Below, piece after piece: positions 1-9,847 of a stretch of 64,000 nt of DNA. The notes under the pieces were generated by a model. That model worked only from the letters and a program-made list of their open reading frames with translations. It did no database searches and was not told where the DNA came from. The stretch lies in the IMG/VR virus record IMGVR_UViG_3300015264_000002, positions 1,210 to 65,209 of that record. One strand, written 5' to 3'. Origin of the DNA: a virus. The position numbers and the translations under genes are program-made. How positions within the stretch are numbered: the first letter of the stretch is position 1; every line of letters starts with the position of its first letter.

Positions 1-576
1 CTGCGCGGCGCAGTGCAGGGCATGCTCACCGTGCAGGCACTCGCGCCCGACGCCGACCAGGTCGCCGTGCCGGCCGACGACGTGCGGACCTGGGCCGCGG
101 CGCGCGCGGCCGAGCTGGTCGGCAAGCGCGTGTTGCCCGACGGGTCGGTGATCGACAACCCCGACGCCGAGTATGCGATCACCGACACCACGCGCGACAT
201 GCTGCGCGCCGCGATCGCCGGCGTGTTCCAGGATGGCACCGACAAGGCCACGTTCACCGCCGAGCTCGAGGCCAGCTACGCATTCAGCGAGGACCGCGCG
301 GACCTGATCGCGCGGACGGAGATCAGCAACGCGCTGGTGGGCGGCAATATGGCCGGCTGGCGCGCCAGCGGCGTGGTGACGGGCAAGGAATGGGTGCTGT
401 CCGACCTGCACGCGGTGGCGGACGAGTGCGACGACAACGCGGCAGCGGGCGTGATCGGCATTGACGAGGTGTTCCCCAGCGGCGACGACCAGCCGGGGGC
501 GCACCCAAAATGTGAGTGCGACCTGATCCCCCACGTGGGGGACGATACGGCCGCCACGGGCGGCGAGGAGGGGTAG
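1..576 (+). CDS. Head morphogenesis protein (SPP1 gp7/Mu gpF-like), 5'-truncated
   Basis: RADLIARTE...GKEW...C..N...HPKCECDL motif typical of gp7/F proteins; frame open from window start. Confidence 0.85.
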   Translation: MRGAVQGMLTVQALAPDADQVAVPADDVRTWAAARAAELVGKRVLPDGSVIDNPDAEYAITDTTRDMLRAAIAGVFQDGTDKATFTAELEASYAFSEDRADLIARTEISNALVGGNMAGWRASGVVTGKEWVLSDLHAVADECDDNAAAGVIGIDEVFPSGDDQPGAHPKCECDLIPHVGDDTAATGGEEG

Positions 577-581
577 CAACC

Positions 582-950
582 ATGGCGAAGCGCAGGGGCA
601 GCAGGTGGGGGCGGGTGCTGGTGCTCGACCTGGCGCTGGTGCTGGGCGGTGCGGCGATCGCGTCCGCGTGGCCGCTCGTGTCGGCCGGCCACGGGTCGGT
701 CAGCCAGCGGCCGTCGTGCACGGTGGCGATCCGCGGGCTGTCCTACAGCGCGCGCGACTGCAAGGCCGTCGACTGCAGCAAGGGCCACGGCACCTGGCAG
801 TGCGACCAGGTGTGCACGGCGACCGGCTGGGTGTCGGGGCTCTGCGTGTCGAGCGCGGGCGTGGTGAGTCTCAATCCGACCACAACCACGACGACCGCGG
901 CGCCGACGACCACGGTGACCACGACCTCGTCGACGACGACCACGACCTAG
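582..950 (+). CDS. Secreted/membrane-anchored Cys-rich protein with Thr-rich tail
   Basis: ATG 582; basic N-terminus plus hydrophobic helix; 6 Cys; C-terminal TTTTTTAAPTTTVTTTSSTTTTT. Confidence 0.7.
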   Translation: MAKRRGSRWGRVLVLDLALVLGGAAIASAWPLVSAGHGSVSQRPSCTVAIRGLSYSARDCKAVDCSKGHGTWQCDQVCTATGWVSGLCVSSAGVVSLNPTTTTTTAAPTTTVTTTSSTTTTT

Positions 951-1032
951 CCGCAGGCGGGTCTGCGGGCGCTCGCAGGGGGCGCGTGATAGGGGAGACA
1001 CCGGAGCAGCAGCCGCGGGGAGCGGGGAGGGT

Positions 1033-1476
1033 GTGACGATGGGGTGGATGCGGACAGCGCGACGGGCGGCAGTGCTGGCGCTCGGCGCACTCGGGCTCAG
1101 CGCCGGCATGGTGCGTGCCGGCGCCTTCCCGGTGATCACGCAGCCGCCGGCCAACGGCGCGGCCGGGGATTACGAGATCATCAACGGCAGCTGTGCCGTG
1201 CCGCCGTGCGAGGGCGGATCGTTCTCGCTCATGGCCAGCGACAGCCCGGTGCTGCTAACCGATTGCACCGGTACGTGCCGGGTCACGCTGGTATGTCGGC
1301 CGCCCCACTTCCAGCACGATATCCTCGTGGCCGACTCGGGCACGCTCACCGACGCCGTCGGGGCGCCGGTGCCGATCCTGACGGCCTGCCCTTACTTGTT
1401 CCGGCGGATCACCATCTGCACGGCGGGCACCTGCAAGGTGCGCGCGCGCGTGCTCGAGATCCGGGGGAACTGGTAG
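1033..1476 (+). CDS. Secreted Cys-rich protein
   Basis: Signal-peptide-like N-terminus ([20 protein letters not shown]); multiple Cys; GGGGAG upstream. Confidence 0.7.
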   Translation: MTMGWMRTARRAAVLALGALGLSAGMVRAGAFPVITQPPANGAAGDYEIINGSCAVPPCEGGSFSLMASDSPVLLTDCTGTCRVTLVCRPPHFQHDILVADSGTLTDAVGAPVPILTACPYLFRRITICTAGTCKVRARVLEIRGNW

Positions 1477-1478
1477 CC

Positions 1479-3308
1479 ATGCGGCCGCGCACGACGCTCG
1501 CTCTGGCGCTGGTCCTCGGGCTCGGGCTGTTCGCGCTACGGCTGGCGACGGATCTGGGCCAGTCGGACAGCGAGGCGCAGTACAATCGCAACGCGGGGGG
1601 CAGCGGGGGCAATGGTCCGACCGGGCCGACGGGGCCGACCGGCGCCACCGGCGCGACGGGACCTACTGGCGCGACCGGGGGCGCGGGCGCCACGGGCCCA
1701 ACCGGACCCACCGGCCCGACGGGGAGCACGGGGGCGACGGGACCGACAGGCCCCGGATTGCTAACGACCCCATTCGCGACCCCCTTCGGGCCGGCACAGG
1801 TGGCGACCTCCGCGATGGTGGGCGGCGAACTCTGCGTCTGCCAGTTGGGGGTAACGCCGCCGCACGCCGGGATCGACAGGGTTGGGCTGGCCATGTCTCA
1901 GGTGGGGGGCGGCACCGTCAGCGAGGTTGGCGTGTTCTCCCTCAGCGGCGCGACGCGCTATGTGCGGGCCTCGCTGCGGCCCGTCCCGATCGGCGACGGC
2001 GGCCCCGCGGTGCTTGCAGCGATGGCCCCGGTAGGCGTCGGGACGGACGGGAGCGGCAACCTCTACATCGCGGACGTTGCGCTGAACGGCATCCGTCGCG
2101 TGGATCACGCAACCCAGACCATCACGAGCATCGCGGGACAGCCACCCACCTCGGGCTTTGCCGGGGATGGCGGCGTGGCGACGAGCGCCTTGCTGAGGAC
2201 CCCGACGGACATTGACCACGATGGCAGCGATTTTTACCTGGTCGATCAGCAGAAGCTCGTCCGGAAGATCGATGGGGGCACGGGCATCATCACGACGGTG
2301 GCGGGCGACCTCGCGGCGAGCGACTGCACAGGCGTCGGCGGCCCGGCAACGAGTGCTGGTCTCGAACTGATCGAGGACGTGGCTCGCGATAATACGACGG
2401 GCGACCTCTACATCGGCGGCCAGGGGTGCCACGTCGTCTATCGAGTGGACGGCACGACCGGCACGTTGACCACGGTCGCGGGGACGGGGACGGGCGGCTG
2501 TACCGGCGATGGGGGACTCGCCACGGCGGCGCAACTGAGCACGCCCTGGGGGGTGATGTTCGCGGCCAACGGGGATATCTATGTGGTCGATCCGGGCTGC
2601 CACGGTGTCCGGCGGATCGACCACACGACCGGCATCATTGCGGCCTTTGCGGGCACGGGGACGGCGGGGAACAGCGGCGACGGCGGGCTGGCAACACTGG
2701 CGCAGCTGGACGTCCCGTATGCGATCGGTCGGAACAGCGTGGGGGATATCGGGATTATCGACGCAGCCGCCGCGGTCCTCCGTCTCGTCGACCACACGAC
2801 GGGCATCATCACCACCCTTGCAGGCACGGGCACGGCCGGATTCTCCGGTGATGGCGGAGCCGCCACGGCGGCGCAACTGACGAGCCCGCAGTATGTGACC
2901 TTCGACAGCGCGGACAACGTGTTCATCGCGGACTTCGGCAACCACCGCGTCCGGCGGATCGACCAGGGAACGGGCATCATCACCACGGTGGCCGGGAGCG
3001 GGCTCAGCGATCCCTTCGGGAGCGGGCTGACGGTCGCCAACCTCGACGCCTCGGCCCCCGTGCCCGGGGGCCCGATCTGGTGGTGCGAAGGCGGCGACGC
3101 GCCCGGCGGGACGCTGGCGAGTCCGCAAGGCGACCAAATCGGCCGCGCGTCGCCGCAGCTAGGGCCGCCGACGGCCTACTTCACGGCGAGCTGCCCTGGC
3201 GGCACGATGCCGGCGACGATCACGCCCCCGAGTCCACTCACGCTGAGCAATATCGACGCGCTGTCCCAGGTGCTTCCCCCTGCGATCAGCTTCATCCGCG
3301 TGCCCTGA
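1479..3308 (+). CDS. Signal peptide + collagen-like + NHL-repeat (teneurin-like beta-propeller) protein
   Basis: ATG 1479; about 15 G-X-T triplets at 1614-1754; repeated GDGGxATxAxL..P..+.D..G.+YIAD..N..+R++D..TG.ITT+AG units. Confidence 0.85.
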   Translation: MRPRTTLALALVLGLGLFALRLATDLGQSDSEAQYNRNAGGSGGNGPTGPTGPTGATGATGPTGATGGAGATGPTGPTGPTGSTGATGPTGPGLLTTPFATPFGPAQVATSAMVGGELCVCQLGVTPPHAGIDRVGLAMSQVGGGTVSEVGVFSLSGATRYVRASLRPVPIGDGGPAVLAAMAPVGVGTDGSGNLYIADVALNGIRRVDHATQTITSIAGQPPTSGFAGDGGVATSALLRTPTDIDHDGSDFYLVDQQKLVRKIDGGTGIITTVAGDLAASDCTGVGGPATSAGLELIEDVARDNTTGDLYIGGQGCHVVYRVDGTTGTLTTVAGTGTGGCTGDGGLATAAQLSTPWGVMFAANGDIYVVDPGCHGVRRIDHTTGIIAAFAGTGTAGNSGDGGLATLAQLDVPYAIGRNSVGDIGIIDAAAAVLRLVDHTTGIITTLAGTGTAGFSGDGGAATAAQLTSPQYVTFDSADNVFIADFGNHRVRRIDQGTGIITTVAGSGLSDPFGSGLTVANLDASAPVPGGPIWWCEGGDAPGGTLASPQGDQIGRASPQLGPPTAYFTASCPGGTMPATITPPSPLTLSNIDALSQVLPPAISFIRVP

Positions 3309-3354
3309 CGAGAGCCGCTGACCCACGCCGACGCGCCCCCACGACGAGCAGGAT

Positions 3355-3582
3355 ATGAGGGTAAGCCAAGGGCCGTGCGAGACTACGCTGACCGAGAGGT
3401 TTGCTAATCCCGACTGCCGATGTGCGACGTACCCCGGAAATCTCGGACCCTGCGCGGCGTACGAGCGCGGGGGCAGCGGGCGTTGTGTCTACTGCGACCA
3501 CGATGCTGACTGTCACGAGCAGCTTGGGCGGATGACCCCCACTACACAGACTCCCCGCACGGGGTTCCGGCCACCGGGGTGA
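3355..3582 (+). CDS. Small Cys-rich hypothetical protein
   Basis: CxC, CxxC and HxxxCH motifs; fills gap in the operon. Confidence 0.5.
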   Translation: MRVSQGPCETTLTERFANPDCRCATYPGNLGPCAAYERGGSGRCVYCDHDADCHEQLGRMTPTTQTPRTGFRPPG

Positions 3583-3586
3583 TCCC

Positions 3587-4024
3587 GTGCCGGACGGGAC
3601 CCTACCGGCCAGCCTGACCAAGCACTGCCCGGGCTGCGCACAGCGTGGTCGCGTCGCTGACGTCCCCCTGTCCGCCTTCGGCGCCGACAAGCGCAGCCGC
3701 GACGGCCTGCAGGTCCGGTGCCGCCGCTGCCGGAACGAGTCCCATGCCACCCGTCAGCGCGGCGCGCGCGAGGACCAGGTGCTGGCCCGCCTCCCGCCGG
3801 AGGAACGCCTGCGCGTCGCGCGGCTGCGCGAGCAGCGCGACGAGCTGCTGCTGGCGCTCCTCGGGCTCGAGCACCGGGTGAGCCAGCTGGAGGCCGCGCG
3901 CGGCCCCAGCCCCTTCGCCGGCGGCGTGTCTGACGTTCCCCTGGACCCGCACCTGCGCCGGGTCGAGCGCGCGCGGCGCGCCGAGGCCGACACCGGGGGC
4001 GAGCCGGCGCTGTTGAAGGGCTGA
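3587..4024 (+). CDS. Zn-finger protein (KxCxxC...F.AD.R.RDGLQ..CxxC) with coiled coil
   Basis: Motif resembles the N-terminal zinc module of phage HNH/endonuclease VII proteins; no nuclease core seen. Confidence 0.6.
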   Translation: MPDGTLPASLTKHCPGCAQRGRVADVPLSAFGADKRSRDGLQVRCRRCRNESHATRQRGAREDQVLARLPPEERLRVARLREQRDELLLALLGLEHRVSQLEAARGPSPFAGGVSDVPLDPHLRRVERARRAEADTGGEPALLKG

Positions 4025-4029
4025 CCGGG

Positions 4030-4278
4030 GTGCCGATCCCCCCGGGCGTCTATCCCTGCCAGCTGGCCGCCGCCCAGCTGGGGGCAGCGCCGGCAGCGCC
4101 GGCCACCCCGCCACCGGCCCGCGGGCACTTGATCACCAGCCGCCCGCTGCGCCCCGGCGACGCGTCCGCCCACCTGGTGGCCGTCCTGCGGCGCTTCTCG
4201 CCCGCCGATCAGCAGGCGATCGTCCACGACGTGCTGGCCGCGCTGCGCCCGGGCTGGGTGCAGGACCGCCGCGGCTAG
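4030..4278 (+). CDS. Hypothetical protein
   Basis: Tightly packed ORF in + operon. Confidence 0.4.
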   Translation: MPIPPGVYPCQLAAAQLGAAPAAPATPPPARGHLITSRPLRPGDASAHLVAVLRRFSPADQQAIVHDVLAALRPGWVQDRRG

Positions 4279-4345
4279 CCGCGCCCGCGGCCCGGTGCGT
4301 CGTCCGTGCCGGTTTGCGGCACTGCCACGCATCACAGCAAGGCAC

Positions 4346-6508
4346 GTGGCCAGAGTGTCCACCGCTGTCAGCGCCGATACCGTCCTGGCTGACGCCGCGG
4401 CGGCCGCACGCGCGGCCCTGGCCGCCGCGGCACCGCCCCTGCGCCTCTTCATCCCGCTCACCAAGGTCGACCTGGTCAAGCGGGAGGTGTGGGGGATCGC
4501 GGCCGAGGAGCGGACGGACAAGTCGAAGCGCGAGAAGATGGACTATGCGTCGAGCAAGCCCTTCTTCCAGGCGTGGTCGGACGGTCTCGCCGCCGTCACG
4601 GGCGGCATGTCGCTCGGCAACGTGCGGGCCATGCACCAGCCGATCGCCGCCGGCCGCCTGATCAGCCTGCTCTTCGACGACGCCAACAAGCAGGTCCACG
4701 TCGGGGCGCATATCGTCGACGACGCCGAGTGGAACAAGTGCGCGCAGTGGGTCTACACCGGCTTTTCCGTCGGCGGCTCGTACGCCGCGCGCTGGGCCGA
4801 CCCCGACGAGCTCGGGGTGGTCTGCTACACCGCCAACCCCTGCGAAATCTCGCTCGTCGACAACCCACAGATGTGGGGCGCCAACTTCACCGTGGTCAAA
4901 GCGGACGGTGCCACCGAGCTGCGCAAGTTTGCGAGCGCGCCGGCCGAGCGGCTGGCCGAGCTGATCAAGGGGTACGCCGACGGCATCCCCACCAGCCAGC
5001 TGGCACAGTCGATCGCGCACCATATCGACACGGCCAAGTACAACGCGACGCACGCGGCGTCGCATGCCGAGGCGGCGGTCACGACCGTGACGGAGCTCGA
5101 GGACCTGGCGCGCGCCGCGATCCCCGCGGTCAGCGCGCACCTGGCGGCGCTCGACGCCGCCCGCACGGCCGGGGCAACCGCCGTGGGGAAGGGGGCGGGC
5201 AGCATGCGCACCGCAGCGACCGCGACCGACCTGTACAAGGGCGGCGACGGCAGCGGCGACTACGGCACGGCCGACGAGGCGGGCTATGCCGACCCGGGGT
5301 ACCAGGACGACAAAAAGCCGCGGTACCCGCTGAAGGAGGGGGGTAAGCTCTCCCCGAAGCGGATCCGGGCGGCGTTCAGCTACATCAACAAGCCGACCAA
5401 CGCCGCCAAGTACTCGACCAAGCAGGCGGCCGCGATCAAGGGCAAGATCGTGCGGGCCTGGAAGGCCGCGATCGACGCGGACGGGCCGCCGAGCGCGCAG
5501 AAGCTGGCGGCGGTGTACCCGCACAACGCCGCGGTACTCGCCAAGGTCGCGCACACGGGCGGCCTGATCAAGACCCTGTGGGACGTCGGCCGGCTGGCCG
5601 AGATCCTGCAATCGCTCGACTGGATGTGCGAGTCCCTGGAGGCCGAGGCGGACAGGGAGAAGGACGACAGCCCCGTGCCCGGCGCGCTCGCCGCGATCAT
5701 CCAGGCCCTCGGCAACGTGCTGGTGGTGATGACGGCCGAGGAGGTGAGCGAGCTCGACGCCTTCGACGACGACGAGGTGGCCGAGGGTGTCGCCACGGCC
5801 GCCGGGCTGTTCGGCACGCTGCGCAAGGTCGACGCGTACAAGGGCATGCGGAAGCGCGTGCAGAAGGTCCACGACATGAGCATCGAGATGGGCGCGGCGT
5901 GCGCGTCCATGGACAAGGTCGCAACTGCCGCGGCGGGTGCCGCCGCGCCTACACGGTTGGAGGTGGAGGACATGGACGAGGCGGGCCTGGCGAAGGCAAT
6001 GGGCGCGCTGCTGGGTGGCCCCGACGGGCTGCTGACCAAGGCCGTCAATGACGGTCTGACGGCAGTGGTCAAGCCGCAGCTGGATGCGCTGACCAAGGCG
6101 CAGACGGATCAGGCGGCGGTCGTGACGGCGCTGGCAGCGACGGTGACGGCGCAGGGGACGCTGCTCGAGAAGGTCGCGGGCAGGCCGGCCGATCCGGGCG
6201 CGGCACCGCACACCGGCGCGGCGCCGGTGGTCACGGTCGACAAGCCGGCCGAGGTGGCGGCCAATGCGGGCGCCGCGGCGGCGGCCGCGCTGACGGTGGT
6301 ACCGACGCGCAAGTCGGCGCGCGAGCTGGCCAAGATGAGCGCGCAGGAGCGCGACGACTACGGCATGGACCTGCTCAAGGGCAAGTTCACCGGCTGCGAC
6401 GGGCCCGGCATGCCCGGCCGCGGCGCGATGAAGCACGAGGGGCCGCTACCGCTGATGGGCCGCCAGGGCCCGGGCGGGATCGCCACCCCGGGCGTGGGGG
6501 CCATCTAG
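4346..6508 (+). CDS. Prohead maturation protease/scaffold fusion
   Basis: LFIPLTKVD...VWGIA...GNVRAMHQ...YTGFSVGG protease-like domain; YADPGYQDDKKPRYP..RAAFSYINK module; Ala-rich helical C-terminus; directly upstream of capsid gene; start GTG 4346 or 4355. Confidence 0.75.
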   Translation: MARVSTAVSADTVLADAAAAARAALAAAAPPLRLFIPLTKVDLVKREVWGIAAEERTDKSKREKMDYASSKPFFQAWSDGLAAVTGGMSLGNVRAMHQPIAAGRLISLLFDDANKQVHVGAHIVDDAEWNKCAQWVYTGFSVGGSYAARWADPDELGVVCYTANPCEISLVDNPQMWGANFTVVKADGATELRKFASAPAERLAELIKGYADGIPTSQLAQSIAHHIDTAKYNATHAASHAEAAVTTVTELEDLARAAIPAVSAHLAALDAARTAGATAVGKGAGSMRTAATATDLYKGGDGSGDYGTADEAGYADPGYQDDKKPRYPLKEGGKLSPKRIRAAFSYINKPTNAAKYSTKQAAAIKGKIVRAWKAAIDADGPPSAQKLAAVYPHNAAVLAKVAHTGGLIKTLWDVGRLAEILQSLDWMCESLEAEADREKDDSPVPGALAAIIQALGNVLVVMTAEEVSELDAFDDDEVAEGVATAAGLFGTLRKVDAYKGMRKRVQKVHDMSIEMGAACASMDKVATAAAGAAAPTRLEVEDMDEAGLAKAMGALLGGPDGLLTKAVNDGLTAVVKPQLDALTKAQTDQAAVVTALAATVTAQGTLLEKVAGRPADPGAAPHTGAAPVVTVDKPAEVAANAGAAAAAALTVVPTRKSARELAKMSAQERDDYGMDLLKGKFTGCDGPGMPGRGAMKHEGPLPLMGRQGPGGIATPGVGAI

Positions 6509-6625
6509 GGGCACAGGAACCTAGGATCTAGGTCGCTAGGCGCTAGCGACCGCGGCAGCATCGACACACGCGACACGACAGCGCCGCTGCATTGGGCAGG
6601 GGCGGAGGAGGAGGAGGCGGGGACC

Positions 6626-8161
6626 ATGGCAATGCAACCGGCGCTGGATCCACAGATCCGCCAGCTACAGGCACTGCTGGCGACGCTGCCGCCCGACGTA
6701 CTGGCCAAGGCCACGTACGGGCTGAGCGGGAGCCCTGTCACGGGGCTGACGTACTACGACCTGGAGGAAGAGGCCAAGGTGTTCGTGCCCGAGATCACGC
6801 CGCTGGTCGGCCTGATCCCGCGCGTCAAGGGCAAGGGCGGCACGGCCACCAACTGGCAGGTGATCACGGCCCTCAATAGCGACCGTCTGCCCATGGGCGT
6901 CGCGGAGGGGGCACGCGGCGGGGTCATGGACATCCAGACCAGCCGGCAAACGGCGCCGTACGCCACCATCGGGATCGAGTCCAGCCTGACGTTCGAGCAG
7001 GACCTGGCCGCGATGGGATTCGAGGACATGAAGGCCCTCTCGACCCGCAACCTGCTGCAGGTCGCGCGGATCGGGGAGGAGGCCCTCGACGTCGGCGGCA
7101 ACCTCGACGTGGTGCTCGGCACCACGCCCACGGTCGCGGGCACGCCCAGCAACACCGGCGGCACGCTGACCAACGCCCACGGCGCCTACCACGTGCGCTG
7201 CGTCGCCCTGACGCTGCAGGCGTGGCGGCGCGCGACCATGGTGAAGGGCGTCCCCGTCCAGCACACCTACACGCTCGGCAACGGGGTGTCGCAGACGGTC
7301 AACGGCGGCGCCGCCAAGGTATCCGCCGATGCCACGGTCACGATCGCGGCCGGCACCACCGGCAGCGCCGACCTGATCGTCACCGCCGTGCCGGGTGCCG
7401 TCGCCTATGCATGGTTCGCCGGCGACAACGCGACCACGACCTGCCTCCTGTTCGCCATCACGACGGTCAACGAGGTGCTGCTGACCGATCCCCCCGGCGC
7501 GATCATCGCCGCGTCCGGCTTCGCCACCGCGGTCGGGACCAACTTCGACACCGACCGGTCGACCAATGACCTGGTCTACAACGGCCTGATCAGCATTATC
7601 AGCAAGGCCGGCAGCGGCAGCTACGTGAAGTCCCTCGACAACACGAAGCTGACGAGCGACGGCGCCGCGGGGTGCGTCGAGGTGAACACGCTGCTGCGCA
7701 CCATGTGGGACACCGTCAAGGTGACGCCGACCATCATGCTCATGAACGCCCAGGAACTGGTCGATCTGAGCGACCTGGTCGTCAAGAACGGCGGCGCCCC
7801 GATCATCCGCATGCAGATGGACGCCAACTCGAGCACGCCCGGCATGGCCACGATCACCGCCGGAACCGTGGTCGGGTTCTACCTCAACAAGACGGCCCAG
7901 GGCGGCGGGCAGATCCTCAAGGTGATCCTGCACCCCGACATTCCGCCCGGCATGATCCTCTTCTACAGCGAGCGGATCAGCTACCCGGTCCCCGGCGTGG
8001 TCAACATCATCCAGGTGAAGACGCAGGAGGAGTGGCGGCAGATCGAGTGGCCGCTGGTGACCCGTGAGCACCAGTACGGCGTCTACGCCCGGCAGGTGCT
8101 GCAGTGCTACTACCCGCCGGCGTTCGCCATGCTCTACAACATCGCCCCGCAGGCATCGTAA
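6626..8161 (+). CDS. Major capsid protein
   Basis: GLTYYDLE..AK...P..TPL...IPRV.G.GG.ATNW..IT motif; very strong RBS GGAGGAGGAGGAGG; position after protease. Confidence 0.85.
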   Translation: MAMQPALDPQIRQLQALLATLPPDVLAKATYGLSGSPVTGLTYYDLEEEAKVFVPEITPLVGLIPRVKGKGGTATNWQVITALNSDRLPMGVAEGARGGVMDIQTSRQTAPYATIGIESSLTFEQDLAAMGFEDMKALSTRNLLQVARIGEEALDVGGNLDVVLGTTPTVAGTPSNTGGTLTNAHGAYHVRCVALTLQAWRRATMVKGVPVQHTYTLGNGVSQTVNGGAAKVSADATVTIAAGTTGSADLIVTAVPGAVAYAWFAGDNATTTCLLFAITTVNEVLLTDPPGAIIAASGFATAVGTNFDTDRSTNDLVYNGLISIISKAGSGSYVKSLDNTKLTSDGAAGCVEVNTLLRTMWDTVKVTPTIMLMNAQELVDLSDLVVKNGGAPIIRMQMDANSSTPGMATITAGTVVGFYLNKTAQGGGQILKVILHPDIPPGMILFYSERISYPVPGVVNIIQVKTQEEWRQIEWPLVTREHQYGVYARQVLQCYYPPAFAMLYNIAPQAS

Positions 8162-8177
8162 CGGGGCAAGCAAGCTA

Positions 8178-8214
8178 GCCGGCCCGCGCCGCGCCCACGG
8201 CGGCGCGGGCCGGC
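8178..8214 (+). terminator. Perfect 15-bp GC hairpin after capsid gene
   Basis: GCCGGCCCGCGCCGC-7 nt-GCGGCGCGGGCCGGC; no U-tract, so it may be a stabiliser or attenuator. Confidence 0.55.
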
Positions 8215-8238
8215 GGTAGCAGGAAGGACACCCCCACC

Positions 8239-8649
8239 ATGGGCCGTTTCCGTCTCCCCCGCGGTATCACCCACCTGGTCGCCGGCGGCGTCGAGTACCT
8301 GCCGGACGACTACGGCGAGCTGGACCTGCCCGAACATCTGCACGCGATCGCCAAGCGGCTGCGGCTGCTGCCGGTCGGCGCCCGCGTGACCCCGGCCCCG
8401 GCACCCCCGGCGCCCGACGGCGACCAGGGCGGGGACGGTGGGGCACCGGCGGGTACGGACGGCGACGCGGCTGCGGGCGGGGTGGCCACCGAGGGCGCGG
8501 GCGGCGCACCTGACGACGCGACTGCGGGCGACGCGGCGACAGAGGGCGCCGGCGCGGCACCTGACGACGCGACTGCGAGCGACGTGGCCACCGAGGGCGC
8601 GGGCGGGGAGGCCCCCGCCGCAAAGGGTAAGGGGAGCAAGCGGAAGTAG
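8239..8649 (+). CDS. Small head-associated protein with acidic Ala/Gly repeats
   Basis: RBS AGGAAGGA; position between capsid and adaptor genes. Confidence 0.65.
   Translation: MGRFRLPRGITHLVAGGVEYLPDDYGELDLPEHLHAIAKRLRLLPVGARVTPAPAPPAPDGDQGGDGGAPAGTDGDAAAGGVATEGAGGAPDDATAGDAATEGAGAAPDDATASDVATEGAGGEAPAAKGKGSKRK
8464..8610 (+). repeat. About three tandem 51-bp repeats (DAxAGxxATEGAGxAPD)
   Basis: Units start at 8464, 8515 and 8566. Confidence 0.85.
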
Positions 8650-8651
8650 GC

Positions 8652-9293
8652 ATGCCCGGGGCAGGCGACACCTTCTGCACGCCCGAGGCGGTGCAGGCGT
8701 ACCTGGCGGCGGGCGGGCTGGTCACCAGCGACCTGGTCGAGCTCGGCAACCTCGTGCGCCGCTGCACCGGCATGGGGTGCGACGCCATGGGGCTGCCGCC
8801 CCGGCAGGACGGCAAGCCGCGCACGCCGTACCTGGACACGTACGTCGAGCGGTACAACGGCGGCGGGGGCTACAAGCTGCTGCTGCAGCAGTACCCGGTC
8901 GCCAGTGTCGAGCAGCTGATCGTCGACGGCAAGGTGATCCCGGGGGCACCCGACACCGCGCCGCTGTCCGCCGGCTTCGTCGTCGACGGTGCCCTCGGCG
9001 TCGTCGGCCTCCGCGGCGCCGCGAGCTTCGGGTTCGGCTACCCGTGGCGCTTCACCAAGGGCCTGCAGAACGTCGAGGTGCACTACACGGCCGGGCTGCC
9101 AGAGGGCGACCCGATCGTCGACGGGCTCGAGGCGGCGTGCGTCGAGCACGCGGCGCTCGCCTGGAAGCGCATCCCCCGCACCGGGCTCAAGTCCGAATCC
9201 TTCGACAAGGCCACCACGGCCTACATCACCGCCGCCATGCCCGACACCGCGGCGGCCTTCTACCGGTCCCGCCGCCGCCGGGTGTTCATATGA
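8652..9293 (+). CDS. Head-tail adaptor/connector
   Basis: YPVASVEQL.VDG..IP, F.KG.QNVEVHYTAG, ACVE..A..WKR...G..SESF motifs. Confidence 0.8.
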   Translation: MPGAGDTFCTPEAVQAYLAAGGLVTSDLVELGNLVRRCTGMGCDAMGLPPRQDGKPRTPYLDTYVERYNGGGGYKLLLQQYPVASVEQLIVDGKVIPGAPDTAPLSAGFVVDGALGVVGLRGAASFGFGYPWRFTKGLQNVEVHYTAGLPEGDPIVDGLEAACVEHAALAWKRIPRTGLKSESFDKATTAYITAAMPDTAAAFYRSRRRRVFI

Positions 9294-9847
9294 GCGACCA
9301 GGTGACGGGCGTTGTCGTCGGCACCCAGGCCGTCGTCGAGCGATTCGACGCGACCGCCCCGCGCGTCTACGGCCGCGTGGTGCGCACCATGCGGCAGTTC
9401 ATGATCCGCCTGCAGGGGTACGTGAAGGGCGCCAAGCTGTCGGGCCAGGTGCTGCACGTGCGCACCGGGCACCTGCGCGCGTCGATCGCCCAGCGCGTCG
9501 ACCTGCAGGGCGACACGATCATCGGCGCCGTCGGGATCTTCGAGGGCCCGACGCTGCCCTACGGGCGCGCGCACGAGTACGGCTTCGACGGCGTCGTGTG
9601 GGTGCGGGAGCACCTGCGGAAGATCGCCGCCAAGCGGCGCAGCGGGACGTTCCTGCGATACGGGGATTTCGAGCTCGCGCAGCTGGAGTCGGAGGGCGGC
9701 CGGTCGCTGGTGCGCGGGCACACCATGCACATGCACGTCAGCGAGCGGTCCTTCCTGCGCAGCGCCTTCGGGGAGATGAAGGACGCGATCCTGGCGCTCT
9801 TGCGGGACGACATTGCCGGCGCGGTCGAGAGGTATCAGGGTGCATGA
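9290..9847 (+). CDS. Neck/tail completion protein (HK97 gp10-like)
   Basis: LSGQVLHVRTGHLRASI...YGRAHEYG...RSFLRSA motif; ATGA overlap. Confidence 0.8.
   Translation: MSDQVTGVVVGTQAVVERFDATAPRVYGRVVRTMRQFMIRLQGYVKGAKLSGQVLHVRTGHLRASIAQRVDLQGDTIIGAVGIFEGPTLPYGRAHEYGFDGVVWVREHLRKIAAKRRSGTFLRYGDFELAQLESEGGRSLVRGHTMHMHVSERSFLRSAFGEMKDAILALLRDDIAGAVERYQGA

Noticed and set aside
1990-3010. Nucleotide repeats in the NHL gene as a mobile or regulatory array
   Set aside because: Explained by protein-level NHL repeats
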